Of a DNA stretch of 64,000 nt, positions 50,499 through 60,191 are shown piece after piece; the first letter of the stretch is position 1; the number at the start of each line of letters is the position of its first letter. The notes beneath the pieces were generated by a model. It was given only the letters and a program-made list of their open reading frames with translations. It did no database searches and was not told the origin of the DNA. This stretch comes from an uncultured Verrucomicrobiae bacterium (GTDB lineage Bacteria > Verrucomicrobiota > Verrucomicrobiia > Opitutales > JABDGR01). A program made the position numbers and the translations under genes. The stretch covers positions 1,056,001 through 1,120,000 of the forward strand of contig CAVXVB010000009.1 of the NCBI GenBank assembly GCA_963765205.1. Reading direction: 5' to 3'.

Positions 50499-51474
50499 AG
50501 GCGTTGGGGGCTTCGCCGCCCGGACCTGGCCAGATGGTGTCGATCTGCGCGAGCGTTTCGGCGGAGAGCGGGAGTTCGAGGGCGGCGCGCGCGGCGTCGA
50601 ATTGCGCGAGGGTGCGCGGGCCGATGATGGGCGCGGCGACGACAGGCTGGTGCAACAGCCACGCCAATGCGACGACCGCCGGGGGTTGGCCGAGCTGCGC
50701 GCAGAGGGCTTCGTATTTTTCGAGTTGGGGGCGAAGTTTTTCGATTTCCTTCACCGTGTCCGCGTCGGCGCGGCGGCCTTCCTTGGCTTTTTGCAACGCG
50801 CCGCCGAGCAGGCCCCCGGCGAGGGGGCTCCAGGGAATCACGCCGACGCCGTAATGTTTGCAGGCGGGGAGCACTTCGAGTTCGAGGGTGCGTTCGGTCA
50901 AATTGTAGAGGCTCTGCTCGGAGATCAGGCCCTGAAAGCGCCGGCCGCGGGCGGTCAGGCAGGCCGTCGCGATGTCCCAGCCGGCGAAATTCGAGGAGCC
51001 GACGTAGAGGATTTTGCCCTGGGCAACGAGGGTCTCCATCGCCTGCCAGATTTCGTCGAACGGGCAGCGGCGGTCAATATGGTGCATCTGGTAGAGGTCA
51101 ATGTATTCCGTCTGCATGCGGCGGAGGCTGTTCTCGCAGCCCTGGATGATTTTGCGCGCGGAGAGGCCGCGGTCCCAGTTCGGGTCGAATTGATCCTCGC
51201 GATACATGGCGGCGAAGACCTTGGTGGCGAGGACGATGCGTTCACGGCGTCCCCCACCCTGCCCGAGCCAGCGGCCCACGATTTTTTCGGTGACGCCCTC
51301 GCCTTTTTTCCAGCCATAGACGTCGGCAGTGTCAAAGAAATTGACGCCGGCGGCGAGCGCGGCGTCCATGATGGCAAAGGCATCGGCGTCGGAAGTGAGC
51401 GGGCCAAAGTTCATCGTGCCCAGGCAGAGACGCGAGACCTTGAGGCCGGAGCGGCCGAGGGGGGTGAATTTCAT
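50488..51474 (-). CDS. Aldo/keto reductase
   Basis: LCLGTMNFG, FFDTADVYG, LATK, IDLYQMH, WSPLAGG. Confidence 0.96.
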   Translation of the reverse strand: MKFTPLGRSGLKVSRLCLGTMNFGPLTSDADAFAIMDAALAAGVNFFDTADVYGWKKGEGVTEKIVGRWLGQGGGRRERIVLATKVFAAMYREDQFDPNWDRGLSARKIIQGCENSLRRMQTEYIDLYQMHHIDRRCPFDEIWQAMETLVAQGKILYVGSSNFAGWDIATACLTARGRRFQGLISEQSLYNLTERTLELEVLPACKHYGVGVIPWSPLAGGLLGGALQKAKEGRRADADTVKEIEKLRPQLEKYEALCAQLGQPPAVVALAWLLHQPVVAAPIIGPRTLAQFDAARAALELPLSAETLAQIDTIWPGPGGEAPNAYAW

Positions 51475-52012
51475 GGGGATATTGTGGGCGAGGTTCACCC
51501 CCGGCGTCAAGTCCGGGCGGGATTTTTGGCAAACGGGTGTTTTAACTGGGGGGGCGGGGGCCTTCCGACGACGGTTGCCGGGGGCTTTTTCCTTTCAAAT
51601 TTTGGTTTGATCTGGTTTGATTTACTCTGATTTATTTTGTTTTTACATGGTTTTGGTGTGTGTGGGGGGGGCCGGCAGTTGGCGAGGTTTCCGATTGCGT
51701 TTAAAGGAAAGGCATGCACAGGGCGGTGGCTCAGCATCAAGGCGCAGGGTAAACGATAATTGGCAAAAGTTGTAATGCTTGGTTGGCTGGGCTGGGAAGG
51801 TTGGGTGGGTTTGATAGGTTGATGCCCTGCCATAGGGATTTTTCACCGGGCTGGAAACGCTTTTCGCTCTGACGGGGCGAAAGGCAAAGCCCCAGCGTAG
51901 TGCATTTTACTCTACCGCACGTTAGCGCCAGACCTTCACTTCACTCTTTCCATTTTGGATTCAACCTTCTACATTCCACCTCCTACCTTCATCTGCTCCT
52001 CTTTCCCTTCCC

Positions 52013-53236
52013 ATGCGCATCCAAGCCCTCCGAGTTGACCGTCCGCCACCCCATGAAGCCGGCCGCGTGGCCGCGCCGCCGTATGACACGCTGAGCACGG
52101 CGGAGGCGCGGGCGCTGGCAAAGGACAACCCGCTGAGCTTCCTGCATGTGTCGCGCGCGGAGATAGACCTGCCGCTGGGCACCGATCCCTACAGCGACGC
52201 GGTGTATGAGGGGGCGAAGCAACACCTGGCCAAGCTGCGCAAGGAGGAGCACCTCAACCGCGACAGCGTGCCGGCGATTTACATTTATGAGCAGCATTGG
52301 AAGGAACACGTCCAGCGGGGGTTTGTGGTGGGTTGCCATGTGGATGATTACGAGCGGAACGTGATCAAGAAGCATGAGACGACGCGGCAGGTGAAGGAGA
52401 ACGACCGCCTGCGGCACATCCGGACGCTGGGCGTGCAGGCGGGGCTGGTGTTCCTCGCGTTTCGCGACAATGCGGCGACGGACGACTTGCTGAGCGACCT
52501 GGGCGAGGGCAAGCCGCTTTATGATTTCATAGATGAGAACCAAGTGCGGCATGTGGCCTGGCGGGTGACGGGTTCGGCGGTGGGGGATGTCATCGCGGCG
52601 TTTGCGAAGGTGCCCACGGCGTATATTGCGGACGGCCACCACCGGGCGGCAAGCGCTTGGCGGGCGGGCAAGGAGCTGCGGGCGGAGAACCCGCGGCACA
52701 CGGGGGAGGAGACTTACAACTGGTTTCCGGCGTGCATTTTTCCGGCGTCGAGCCTGCGGATTCTGCCCTACAACCGCGTGGTGAAGGACTTGAACGGGTT
52801 GTCACCGGCGGAATTTCTGGAGCGGCTGCGGACGGCGTGCAAGGTGACGGGGGCGCCAGCGCCGGAGCCGGAGTTTCCGGGGCAGGTTTCGCTTTACCTC
52901 GAGAAGCATTGGCATGGGCTGAAGTTCGACCTGCCCAAGGGGAAGGATCCGCTGGCGCGGTTGGACGCGAATGTGCTGCAGGATCGCGTGCTGGGGCCGA
53001 TCCTGGGGATTGTGGACCCGCGGACGGACACGCGCATTGACTTTGTGGGGGGCATCCGGGGGACGGCGGAATTGATGAAGCTGGTGGACTCGGGCGCGTA
53101 TGCGGCGGCGTTTTCGATGCGGCCGGTGCCGTTGGAGCAGATGATGGAAGTGGCGGACGCGGGGCAAATCATGCCGCCCAAGAGCACCTGGTTTGAGCCG
53201 AAGTTGCGTTCGGGATTATTTGTCTATCCGTATTAG
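52013..53236 (+). CDS. DUF1015 family protein
   Basis: APPYD, KKHETT, YIADGHHR, MPPKSTWFEPKLRSGL. Confidence 0.95.
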   Translation: MRIQALRVDRPPPHEAGRVAAPPYDTLSTAEARALAKDNPLSFLHVSRAEIDLPLGTDPYSDAVYEGAKQHLAKLRKEEHLNRDSVPAIYIYEQHWKEHVQRGFVVGCHVDDYERNVIKKHETTRQVKENDRLRHIRTLGVQAGLVFLAFRDNAATDDLLSDLGEGKPLYDFIDENQVRHVAWRVTGSAVGDVIAAFAKVPTAYIADGHHRAASAWRAGKELRAENPRHTGEETYNWFPACIFPASSLRILPYNRVVKDLNGLSPAEFLERLRTACKVTGAPAPEPEFPGQVSLYLEKHWHGLKFDLPKGKDPLARLDANVLQDRVLGPILGIVDPRTDTRIDFVGGIRGTAELMKLVDSGAYAAAFSMRPVPLEQMMEVADAGQIMPPKSTWFEPKLRSGLFVYPY

Positions 53237-53341
53237 AAGGGGATTAATGGGAGGAAGGGAAGTATGTTTAGCGCCCAAGGGCACAAATACCCGAGGGTGA
53301 TGATCCTGGAGTGATGATCCTGCAGCACCGCCGGAGCGCGG

Positions 53342-54367
53342 TTAGGCGGGGATTCTTTCCCATTTGGCGAGGTGCGTGGCGGCGTGCTCGCCGAGTTCGG
53401 CGCGGGTGCGCACGCGTTCGAGGGTGGCGCGCAGGACGGCGGCTTCGGGAAAATCCTTGACCATGCTTTTGAATATGGCGCGCATTCCGCCCAGGTTGGT
53501 GGTGGCGGGGTCGCGGCCGAGTTGCGCGAGGCGGTCGTCCGCATAGCGCAGCATGGCGGCCCAGCGTTCGGCGAGGGTCGGCGCGGGTGGGCGCGGCGCG
53601 CCGGCCAGACCGGCCTTGATTTCACGGAAAATCCAGGGGTAACCGAGGGCGGCGCGGCCGACCATCAGGCCGGCCAGCGCAGTGTCCCGCCGCTGGCGGG
53701 CGGCCATCTCGGGCGCGTCCACGCTGCCGTTGCCGATGACGGGGATGGCGACGGCTTCAGCCACCGCAGCAATGACCGCCCAGTCCGCGCCGCCGCGGTA
53801 GCCCTGTTCCTTGGTGCGGCCATGCACGGCGAGGGCGCAGATGCCTGCGCCGGCGAGGCAGCGGGCAGCCTCGGGGGCGACGATGGAGCGTTCGTCCCAG
53901 CCGAGGCGGATTTTCGCGGTGACGGGAACGTCCACCGCGCGCACAACGGCGGCGGCGATTTTTTCGAGGAGGGGCAAATCACGCAGCAGCGAGGAGCCGG
54001 CGTTGCGGCAGGTGACCTTGTCCGCCGGGCAGCCGAAATTGAGGTCCACAAAATCCGGGCGCAGCCGGGCGACGACCTGGCGCGCGGCCTCGGCCATGAG
54101 GGCGGGGTCGCCGCCGAAAAGCTGGACGCCAAGTGGGCGTTCCGCGGGCGTGAAATACAAGTCCTGCCAGACGGCTTCGGTGCCGCGCACGAGGCCCTCG
54201 GCGTTGGCGAATTCGGTGACGAGCACGTCCGCGCCTTGCTCCTTGCAGAGGCGGCGGAAGGGGCTGTCGGTAAAGCCGGCCATGGGGGCGAGGTAGAGCG
54301 GAAAGCGCCCCGCGCCAAACCAGGGCAGCGGGGAAGGGGAGACTGCTATGGAGGCAACTTCGAGCAT
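53342..54367 (-). CDS. dusB: tRNA-dihydrouridine synthase
   Basis: LAPMAGFTD, VQLFG, DLNFGCP, TAKIRLG, VHGRT, GNGS, MVGRAALG.PW. Confidence 0.93.
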   Translation of the reverse strand: MLEVASIAVSPSPLPWFGAGRFPLYLAPMAGFTDSPFRRLCKEQGADVLVTEFANAEGLVRGTEAVWQDLYFTPAERPLGVQLFGGDPALMAEAARQVVARLRPDFVDLNFGCPADKVTCRNAGSSLLRDLPLLEKIAAAVVRAVDVPVTAKIRLGWDERSIVAPEAARCLAGAGICALAVHGRTKEQGYRGGADWAVIAAVAEAVAIPVIGNGSVDAPEMAARQRRDTALAGLMVGRAALGYPWIFREIKAGLAGAPRPPAPTLAERWAAMLRYADDRLAQLGRDPATTNLGGMRAIFKSMVKDFPEAAVLRATLERVRTRAELGEHAATHLAKWERIPA

Positions 54368-54381
54368 GATTATTAAAAACG

Positions 54382-54490
54382 TTCACCGCAAAGGCGCGAA
54401 GATCGCTAAGGAGGATTTTTGACGGAATGGACGAAATGGACAGGATGGACCTGAAATTATTCTTAGCGATCTTTGCTCCTTCGCGGTGAA
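54382..54490. repeat. Triplet-unit palindrome with nested 9-mer tract
   Basis: ACCGCAAAG-GCGCGAAG-ATCGCTAAG [GACGGAATG-GACGAAATG-GACAGGATG] CTTAGCGAT-CTTTGCTC-CTTCGCGGT. Confidence 0.88.
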
Positions 54491-54500
54491 AGTCTTGCAT

Positions 54501-55037
54501 TCAGCCGGTGAGGCCGTCGAGCGCCTGGGCGAAGGCGGCGACGTTGCGGGTGAGGCCGCGCAGGCGGCGGCGCAGGTCGCCGTCGTCAGCGAGTTGCTCG
54601 TCGGCAAAATCCTGGGTGGTGGCGTAAACGAAGCGCGGGGCGATGACGCAGCGGAAATCGAGCATGAGGCTGTTGGCGAAAGGCATGACGCTCATGTAGC
54701 TGCCGGGGCCGCCGGCGGCGCAGATGAAGCCGACGACCTTGCCTGTCCACGCGTCGCCGCTGAGTTCGACGAGGTTCTTGGCCGCCGCGTTTATGCCGTA
54801 ATTGTAGACGGGCAGGGCGAGAATGATGCCGCGGGCGGCGCGGATTTTTTCCGCGAGCGCGACGACGGCGGGCAACTGATACACGCCGTCGCCGTCGCAG
54901 ACGGGGAGCTTGAGCGGTTCGAGGGCGATCAATTCGGCGTCGCGGCCCTCAGCGCGGCAGTCCGCCAGTGCCAACTGCGCGAGTTGGGCGCTGCGGCTGG
55001 AGGCATTGAGCGAACAACTGAAGATCAGCAGGCGCAT
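54501..55037 (-). CDS. NADPH-dependent FMN reductase
   Basis: CSL...SRS, PVYNY...AAKN, W.GK. Confidence 0.9.
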   Translation of the reverse strand: MRLLIFSCSLNASSRSAQLAQLALADCRAEGRDAELIALEPLKLPVCDGDGVYQLPAVVALAEKIRAARGIILALPVYNYGINAAAKNLVELSGDAWTGKVVGFICAAGGPGSYMSVMPFANSLMLDFRCVIAPRFVYATTQDFADEQLADDGDLRRRLRGLTRNVAAFAQALDGLTG

Positions 55038-55076
55038 GACGATAATGTGGAAATTTCAGGGCCAAAAGACCACTTC

Positions 55077-55114
55077 AAAAAATGAACCCCGGTTGCGCGG
55101 GGCAACCGGGGTTC
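55077..55114 (-). terminator. Rho-independent terminator downstream of the FecR-like gene
   Basis: GAACCCCGGTTGC/GCAACCGGGGTTC stem; A-run on + strand gives a U-tract on - strand. Confidence 0.8.
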
Positions 55115-55160
55115 GAGAGCGGAATTGTTTTTCAATTCCGCGCGCAGCAGACCAACCGGG

Positions 55161-56123
55161 TTAGGTCGGTTGCACCGAGGGCGTGGTGGCGTTCTGCGGA
55201 TTGGAGACCGGGCTGCCGGTGCTGGCGCCGGTGGTGGCGGGAGCAGCCGGAGTCAGATTAATGGTTTGGGTTCCATTCGAGGTGGTCACACCACCGGAAG
55301 GCGGAATCGAAGGCGGGGGCTGCGCGGGCAAACCGGCCTGCACCAGCGCCGTGTTGGTGACGTCGTTCAAGGTGTTCGCCAAATCCTGGGCTGCCGTGGT
55401 GCTGAGGTTGGCGCCCACCATGTTGCCCGCAGTAATCAAACCAGTGTTCGGATTCACCGTCAGATTCACCGTAATCGTGGCGGCGGTGTTAATGTTGGCG
55501 TTGGTGACGGTGGTGGAGGTGCCGTTCGCCGAAGTCGTGGTCGTCGTCACCCCCGGCGTAAATGTCATCGATCCCACCACACAGGTGGCAATGATGCCAG
55601 TGACCTGGCCCGCGGCGTTGCGGACGATGGTGATGTCAATGATGGTGCCGCGAATACCGGCGGACCCGGCCGGGGTGTCCACGGTGAACTTCGAGCCTGC
55701 ACCGGTGTCAAGTTTCTTAACTTCACCCTGCAAGGAGCCGGAGCTCAATTTGAGGTCGGTGTCGGATTTGCTGGGGTCTTTGGTGAGGCGGAGGAAGGTG
55801 CCTTCGGCGGCTTCGTCAAACGGAGCTTGCTGGAACGAGGCCACGTCGAGCGTGGTTTCGGCCTTGACGTGAAGCGTGGCGCCATTGGACATGACCAAGA
55901 GGGCATTGGCACCCTTGCCGGCCTGAACTTTGTTGCCTTGCTCGAAGGTTTGACCGCGCTTGAGTGCGGAGGAAGTGCCATCCGGGGCGATCAACTGAAC
56001 ATCACCGACCACAATAACAGCCTGGACTTTGCCATTGGCCATGGTCTGCGCCAGCGAGGTATGCGGGAAGGCCAGAAAGGCCAACAACGCAGCGAGGTAA
56101 ATTTTTAGATGTTTCATAGTCAT
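55161..56123 (-). CDS. Exported FecR-domain protein with Thr/Asn-rich tail
   Basis: Signal peptide; L.SG.L...VKKL...S.FTVDTPAGSAGIRGT. Confidence 0.85.
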   Translation of the reverse strand: MTMKHLKIYLAALLAFLAFPHTSLAQTMANGKVQAVIVVGDVQLIAPDGTSSALKRGQTFEQGNKVQAGKGANALLVMSNGATLHVKAETTLDVASFQQAPFDEAAEGTFLRLTKDPSKSDTDLKLSSGSLQGEVKKLDTGAGSKFTVDTPAGSAGIRGTIIDITIVRNAAGQVTGIIATCVVGSMTFTPGVTTTTTSANGTSTTVTNANINTAATITVNLTVNPNTGLITAGNMVGANLSTTAAQDLANTLNDVTNTALVQAGLPAQPPPSIPPSGGVTTSNGTQTINLTPAAPATTGASTGSPVSNPQNATTPSVQPT

Positions 56124-56413
56124 AAATATTTATAAATGGAGCCGAAACGGTTGAAGGGTAATTCCTTAAACCGGGTCTATTTCTATCCCACCAACGCCCG
56201 GCTGGCAAGTCATTTTTTTCAAGATTAATAGAAAAAATAAGCAGGTGTTCACCTACCCAACCCGTGCCGGACTTGGATGGCAAAGCCATTCGCAGCGCAT
56301 TTGGCGAAATTATGCTTTCCATGGACGTTGGTTTAGGTAAAAACTGGGGGCGATGGGGAAAGATTATCCGCCAAATTTTGGCCAAATTTATAATAACTAA
56401 TTTCATTAACGTT

Positions 56414-57203
56414 ATGTCCAAGTCGAGAAAAAATAGCAACTTGTTGTTGGGCATAGACATCGGTGGGACCGGAATCAAAGGAGGCATCGTGGACTTGACC
56501 AAGGGTACGCTGGTGGGCGAGCGCGTGCGCATTGACACTCCCCCAACCCGCCACCCCGGCGGCCATCGGTGACGTGCTAAGCGCCATTGCCAAACATTTT
56601 CAATGGACCGGCCCGATTGGCTGTGGTTTCCCGGGGGTGATCAACCAAGGGCGCATCATGATGGCCGCGAACCTGGACGAGACGCTGATAGGCGTGGATT
56701 TTGCGCGGCTGGTGCAGGAGCGCACGGGTTGCCCGGCGCATGTGATCAATGACGCGGACGCGGCGGGTTTGGCCGAAGTCACGTTCGGCGCGGGCAAGGG
56801 GCGGCAGGGCGTGGTGATTCTCATCACGGTGGGGACCGGGATCGGTTGCGGGTTTTTCTACAACGGCCAGCTCATCCCGAGCACGGAGCTGGGCCATGTG
56901 AAGATGAAGGACAAGGACACGGGCAAAATCTGTGACGCGGAGGACCTCGTCTCCGACCGGGCGCGCCAGGAGCAGGATTTGTCATGGAAGGCGTGGGCGA
57001 AGCGGTTTGACCGCTATCTGAAATACATCCAGCGGCTGGTCTGGCCGGAACTGATCATCATTGGCGGCGGCGCAACGAAGAAGGGCGAGAAATTCATGCC
57101 GCTGTTGACGGTGCCCTGCGCGACGGCGCTGGCGGCGCTGGGCAACAACGCGGGCATCATCGGCGCGGCGGAGGCGGCGCGACGGAGCCTGGGGCGGAAG
57201 TGA
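56414..57203 (+). CDS. ppgK: ROK-family polyphosphate glucokinase (frameshift in C-run ~56540)
   Basis: LGIDIGGTGIKG, GCGFPG, NDADAAGLAE, TVGTGIG, TELGH, NNAGIIGAA. Confidence 0.9.
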
Positions 57204-57523
57204 AATAGGAGTGCGGGGTGTAGAATGTGGAGAAAGATGAAATTCCTTGACGAATAAAACGCTCAACTTTTAACGCCCCATTACGAAAACCCCTCCCATT
57301 GCCTGCCGCGACTTTTTTTTGTGTTTTATGGATTCGGGGAAGCATAGCATGAGCCATTGGGATTTAGAGGATGGGTGGTGGTCGAAATACGAATACCTTT
57401 ATGCCTAACGCTAAATCGGGACTACCGACAAAAGGCTTTTTCCATTCAGACAGTTTTACCCCCGCAGATCCTGCCGGTTTCGTTTGACTCCGCGCGTGGG
57501 TTGGCGAATGTTGGGCGGCGCGC

Positions 57524-58246
57524 ATGGACACTGCCCAGGAACTGGTGGAGGCCGCCCTCGAACTCAGGGAACGGACGGCGAAGCTGAAATTCGGGCCGCC
57601 GGTCGCCTATGTTTACCGCCCGCTGGAATATGCGTGGCGGGCGCACGAGGCGTATTTGCGCCGGCATGGCGGGGGCGAGAAGCGCGTCGTCTTCCTCGGC
57701 ATGAACCCGGGGCCGTTCGGCATGGCGCAGACGGGCGTGCCGTTCGGCGAGGTGAAGGCCGTGCGCGATTGGGTCGGCGTCGTCATGCCGGTGGACCAGC
57801 CGGAGCGCGCGCACCCCAAGCGCCCCGTGCTGGGCTTCGCCTGCAAGCGCTCGGAGGTCAGCGGCAAGCGCCTCTGGGGCTGGTTCGCGCAGCGCTTCGG
57901 CCCGGCGGAAAATTTCTTCAAACAGCATTTCGTCTTCAATTACTGCCCGCTGCTGTTTTTGGACGAAGGCGGGCGCAACCTGACGCCGGACAAATTCAAA
58001 GGCGAGGCCGCCGAGCAATTATTCGCGGCGTGCGACACGCATTTGCGCCGCGTGGTCGCGGATGTCCGCGCGGACTGGGTGGTCGGGGTGGGAGCCTTTG
58101 CCGAGGAGCGCGCGCGGCAGGCTCTGCTCGGGCATGGCGTGGCGATTGGGCGCATCCCGCACCCCAGCCCGGCGAATCCGGCGGCGAATAAAGACTGGGC
58201 GGGTGCGGCCACGCGTGCGATGCTCAAGCAAGGCGTGTGGTCGTAG
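57524..58246 (+). CDS. SMUG1-type uracil-DNA glycosylase (UDG family 3)
   Basis: GMNPGPFGMAQTGVPFG, SEVSG.R.W, NYCPL, HPSP. Confidence 0.93.
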   Translation: MDTAQELVEAALELRERTAKLKFGPPVAYVYRPLEYAWRAHEAYLRRHGGGEKRVVFLGMNPGPFGMAQTGVPFGEVKAVRDWVGVVMPVDQPERAHPKRPVLGFACKRSEVSGKRLWGWFAQRFGPAENFFKQHFVFNYCPLLFLDEGGRNLTPDKFKGEAAEQLFAACDTHLRRVVADVRADWVVGVGAFAEERARQALLGHGVAIGRIPHPSPANPAANKDWAGAATRAMLKQGVWS

Positions 58247-58263
58247 TTGCCCGCGCCCTATTC

Positions 58264-59202
58264 ATGGCCGCCAATTCCCAACCGCCGTTTTCCAATTACC
58301 ACGAGGGCCTCGCGGTGGTGTGGCGGAGCCTGCTCGTCAACGTCGCGCTGGCGGCGGTGAAAATAGGCGTCGGAATCTTCGCCCAATCGCAGGCGCTGGT
58401 GGCCGACGGTCTGCACAGCCTGGCGGATTTGGCCGGCGACATCGCCGCGCTGCTCGGGTTGAAGGTCGCCGAACAGCCGGGCGATGAAAACCACCCCTAC
58501 GGCCACCACAAATTTGCCAGCCTGGCGTGCCTGTTCGTCGCCGTGCTGTTGCTCGGGTGCTGCGCCATGCTGATTGGGAATTCCGTGCAACATTTGCGCG
58601 AGGCCGTCGCGACGGCGCCCGGGCCAGCGGCGTTGTGGGTCGCGCTGTTGGCGATGGTCGTGAAGGAATTTTTTTATCGTTACGCCGCGCGCGAAGCCCG
58701 GCGGCTGAAACTGCGCGTGCTCACGGTCAGCGCGCTCGACCATCGCGCCGACGCGCTCGCGTCGCTGCTGGTGGTCGCGGCGATTGCCATGACGCGTTAC
58801 GGCGGCTCGCGCTGGGCGTTTCTGGACCAGGCCGCCGGCCTGTTAATCGGCGGCTACCTGGCGGCGTTTGGCGTGAAAATTTTGTGGCAATCCTGCGCCG
58901 ACCTGCTCGACACCGCCCCTGGGCCGGAGATGATCAACGACCTGCGCGAGCACATCCTGGCCGTGCCGGGCGCGGTGGCGTATCATCAATTCCGCACGCG
59001 CCGCATCGGCGATTTATATGAAGTGGATTTGCACCTGCAGGTGGACCCGCAGTTGACGGTCGAGGCCGGCCACGACATTGCCCGCCACGTCAAAAAAGCC
59101 ATTTTGGAAAAACACCCTGAAGTCGTCGAAGTGCTGATCCACCTCGAGCCGGCCTCGCGCGCGCACCTGAAGGACGCAGGCGTGCATGGGAGCAAGATAT
59201 AA
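58264..59202 (+). CDS. Cation diffusion facilitator transporter
   Basis: ADGLHSLAD, HPYGH.K, DHRAD, C-terminal VDLH...H.I...IHLEP. Confidence 0.94.
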   Translation: MAANSQPPFSNYHEGLAVVWRSLLVNVALAAVKIGVGIFAQSQALVADGLHSLADLAGDIAALLGLKVAEQPGDENHPYGHHKFASLACLFVAVLLLGCCAMLIGNSVQHLREAVATAPGPAALWVALLAMVVKEFFYRYAAREARRLKLRVLTVSALDHRADALASLLVVAAIAMTRYGGSRWAFLDQAAGLLIGGYLAAFGVKILWQSCADLLDTAPGPEMINDLREHILAVPGAVAYHQFRTRRIGDLYEVDLHLQVDPQLTVEAGHDIARHVKKAILEKHPEVVEVLIHLEPASRAHLKDAGVHGSKI

Positions 59203-59236
59203 GAAGAGTGAACGGAAGCCGGCGGCCCGGTCGGAT

Positions 59237-59263
59237 GCTTTTCCTTCTTGCCGTCCGGGGCGG
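59237..59263 (+). repeat. 27-bp direct repeat, left copy
   Basis: GCTTTTCCTTCTTGCCGTCCGGGGCGG; 1 mismatch to 60145-60171. Confidence 0.9.
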
Positions 59264-59281
59264 AATCAAAAAACTGCTCCG

Positions 59282-59929
59282 ATGCTGACCAAGTTCACCG
59301 AGGATGCAAATGGGCGGAAAGTCGAAATGACGGCGGGTTTTGCTGCGCCAATGGACTTGGATGAAACTGAATCCATTATCTATCCGCGTAAAGATGGCAA
59401 AAAATTCACCCTCATCCAAAAATTATCTTTTAACGTTTTGGATAACCTTTGGAAAGAAGTTGCAGATTATAAAAGACGCAGATGTTTTGCCTCGAGTGAG
59501 GCCGATCTCCGGCGCTTCTGTCTGAAGAAATGTCCGGAATTTGGAGCGGTCCTCATCTGGAGGGTAAATCAGCAGATCGCCGGACTGGCATTCTTTCACG
59601 TCACTTGGAAACGGAATGTCTATTTGGATTGGCTGACCAAGACGCAGGAATTTCTGGAACCGACACGAAAAACCAAAAATTTTGGCAAATTTATGATGGA
59701 AACCGTGGGCATTGTCGCATGGCAATTATTAGGGGCGAATTTGATCTTTATCGAATCCAAGAAAGGTCGAGCGGCGGATTATTACAAAAAGACCCTTGGC
59801 TTAAGAAAACGATGCGATTTCATTCTCCTGGCCATGGATTTTCATGCCGAACAACCAGGTTGGAAGGTGTGCGATCAAATTTACGGACTTGCAAACTCCA
59901 AAAAACCAGTTAGGTTGCCAGCATTATGA
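59282..59929 (+). CDS. Lower-GC GNAT-fold-like protein
   Basis: VYLDWL...KNFGKFMM...GA..IFIES....AADYYKK.LG resembles GNAT motifs A/B. Confidence 0.6.
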   Translation: MLTKFTEDANGRKVEMTAGFAAPMDLDETESIIYPRKDGKKFTLIQKLSFNVLDNLWKEVADYKRRRCFASSEADLRRFCLKKCPEFGAVLIWRVNQQIAGLAFFHVTWKRNVYLDWLTKTQEFLEPTRKTKNFGKFMMETVGIVAWQLLGANLIFIESKKGRAADYYKKTLGLRKRCDFILLAMDFHAEQPGWKVCDQIYGLANSKKPVRLPAL

Positions 59930-60138
59930 TTCACTTAAAAGCGGGTGAAGTTCTGTTCAATGGGAAAAAAGTGCCTGTAGCCCAGCTTTCCGGCATGAAT
60001 TTGGGTGACGATGAAGGAACCTTTCCATTTGCCATGCGTTCGGGCAGGATGTTGGTGAGTTCCGCTCTCGATACATCCAAACGGGATTCCAGCTTACCTA
60101 AGCAGCACGTCAATGGTTCGCATCGGCGGAAGGGCTAG
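59926..60138 (+). CDS. Small hypothetical protein translationally coupled to the GNAT-like gene
   Basis: ATGA start/stop overlap; 70 aa. Confidence 0.5.
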   Translation: MIHLKAGEVLFNGKKVPVAQLSGMNLGDDEGTFPFAMRSGRMLVSSALDTSKRDSSLPKQHVNGSHRRKG

Positions 60139-60144
60139 TTCCTC

Positions 60145-60171
60145 GCTTTTCATTCTTGCCGTCCGGGGCGG
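60145..60171 (+). repeat. 27-bp direct repeat, right copy (contains putative purH -35)
   Basis: GCTTTTCATTCTTGCCGTCCGGGGCGG. Confidence 0.9.
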
Positions 60172-60191
60172 TGCGCCAAGACTGGCGGGGT

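Noticed and set aside
57403..57516. attC-like GCCTAAC...GTTGGGC
   Set aside because: No convincing L boxes and no cassette ORF; the right end overlaps the likely SMUG1 promoter
60139..60191. ZTP riboswitch upstream of purH
   Set aside because: Only ~50 nt are available, occupied by the promoter-like repeat, and no pfl-motif structure is visible
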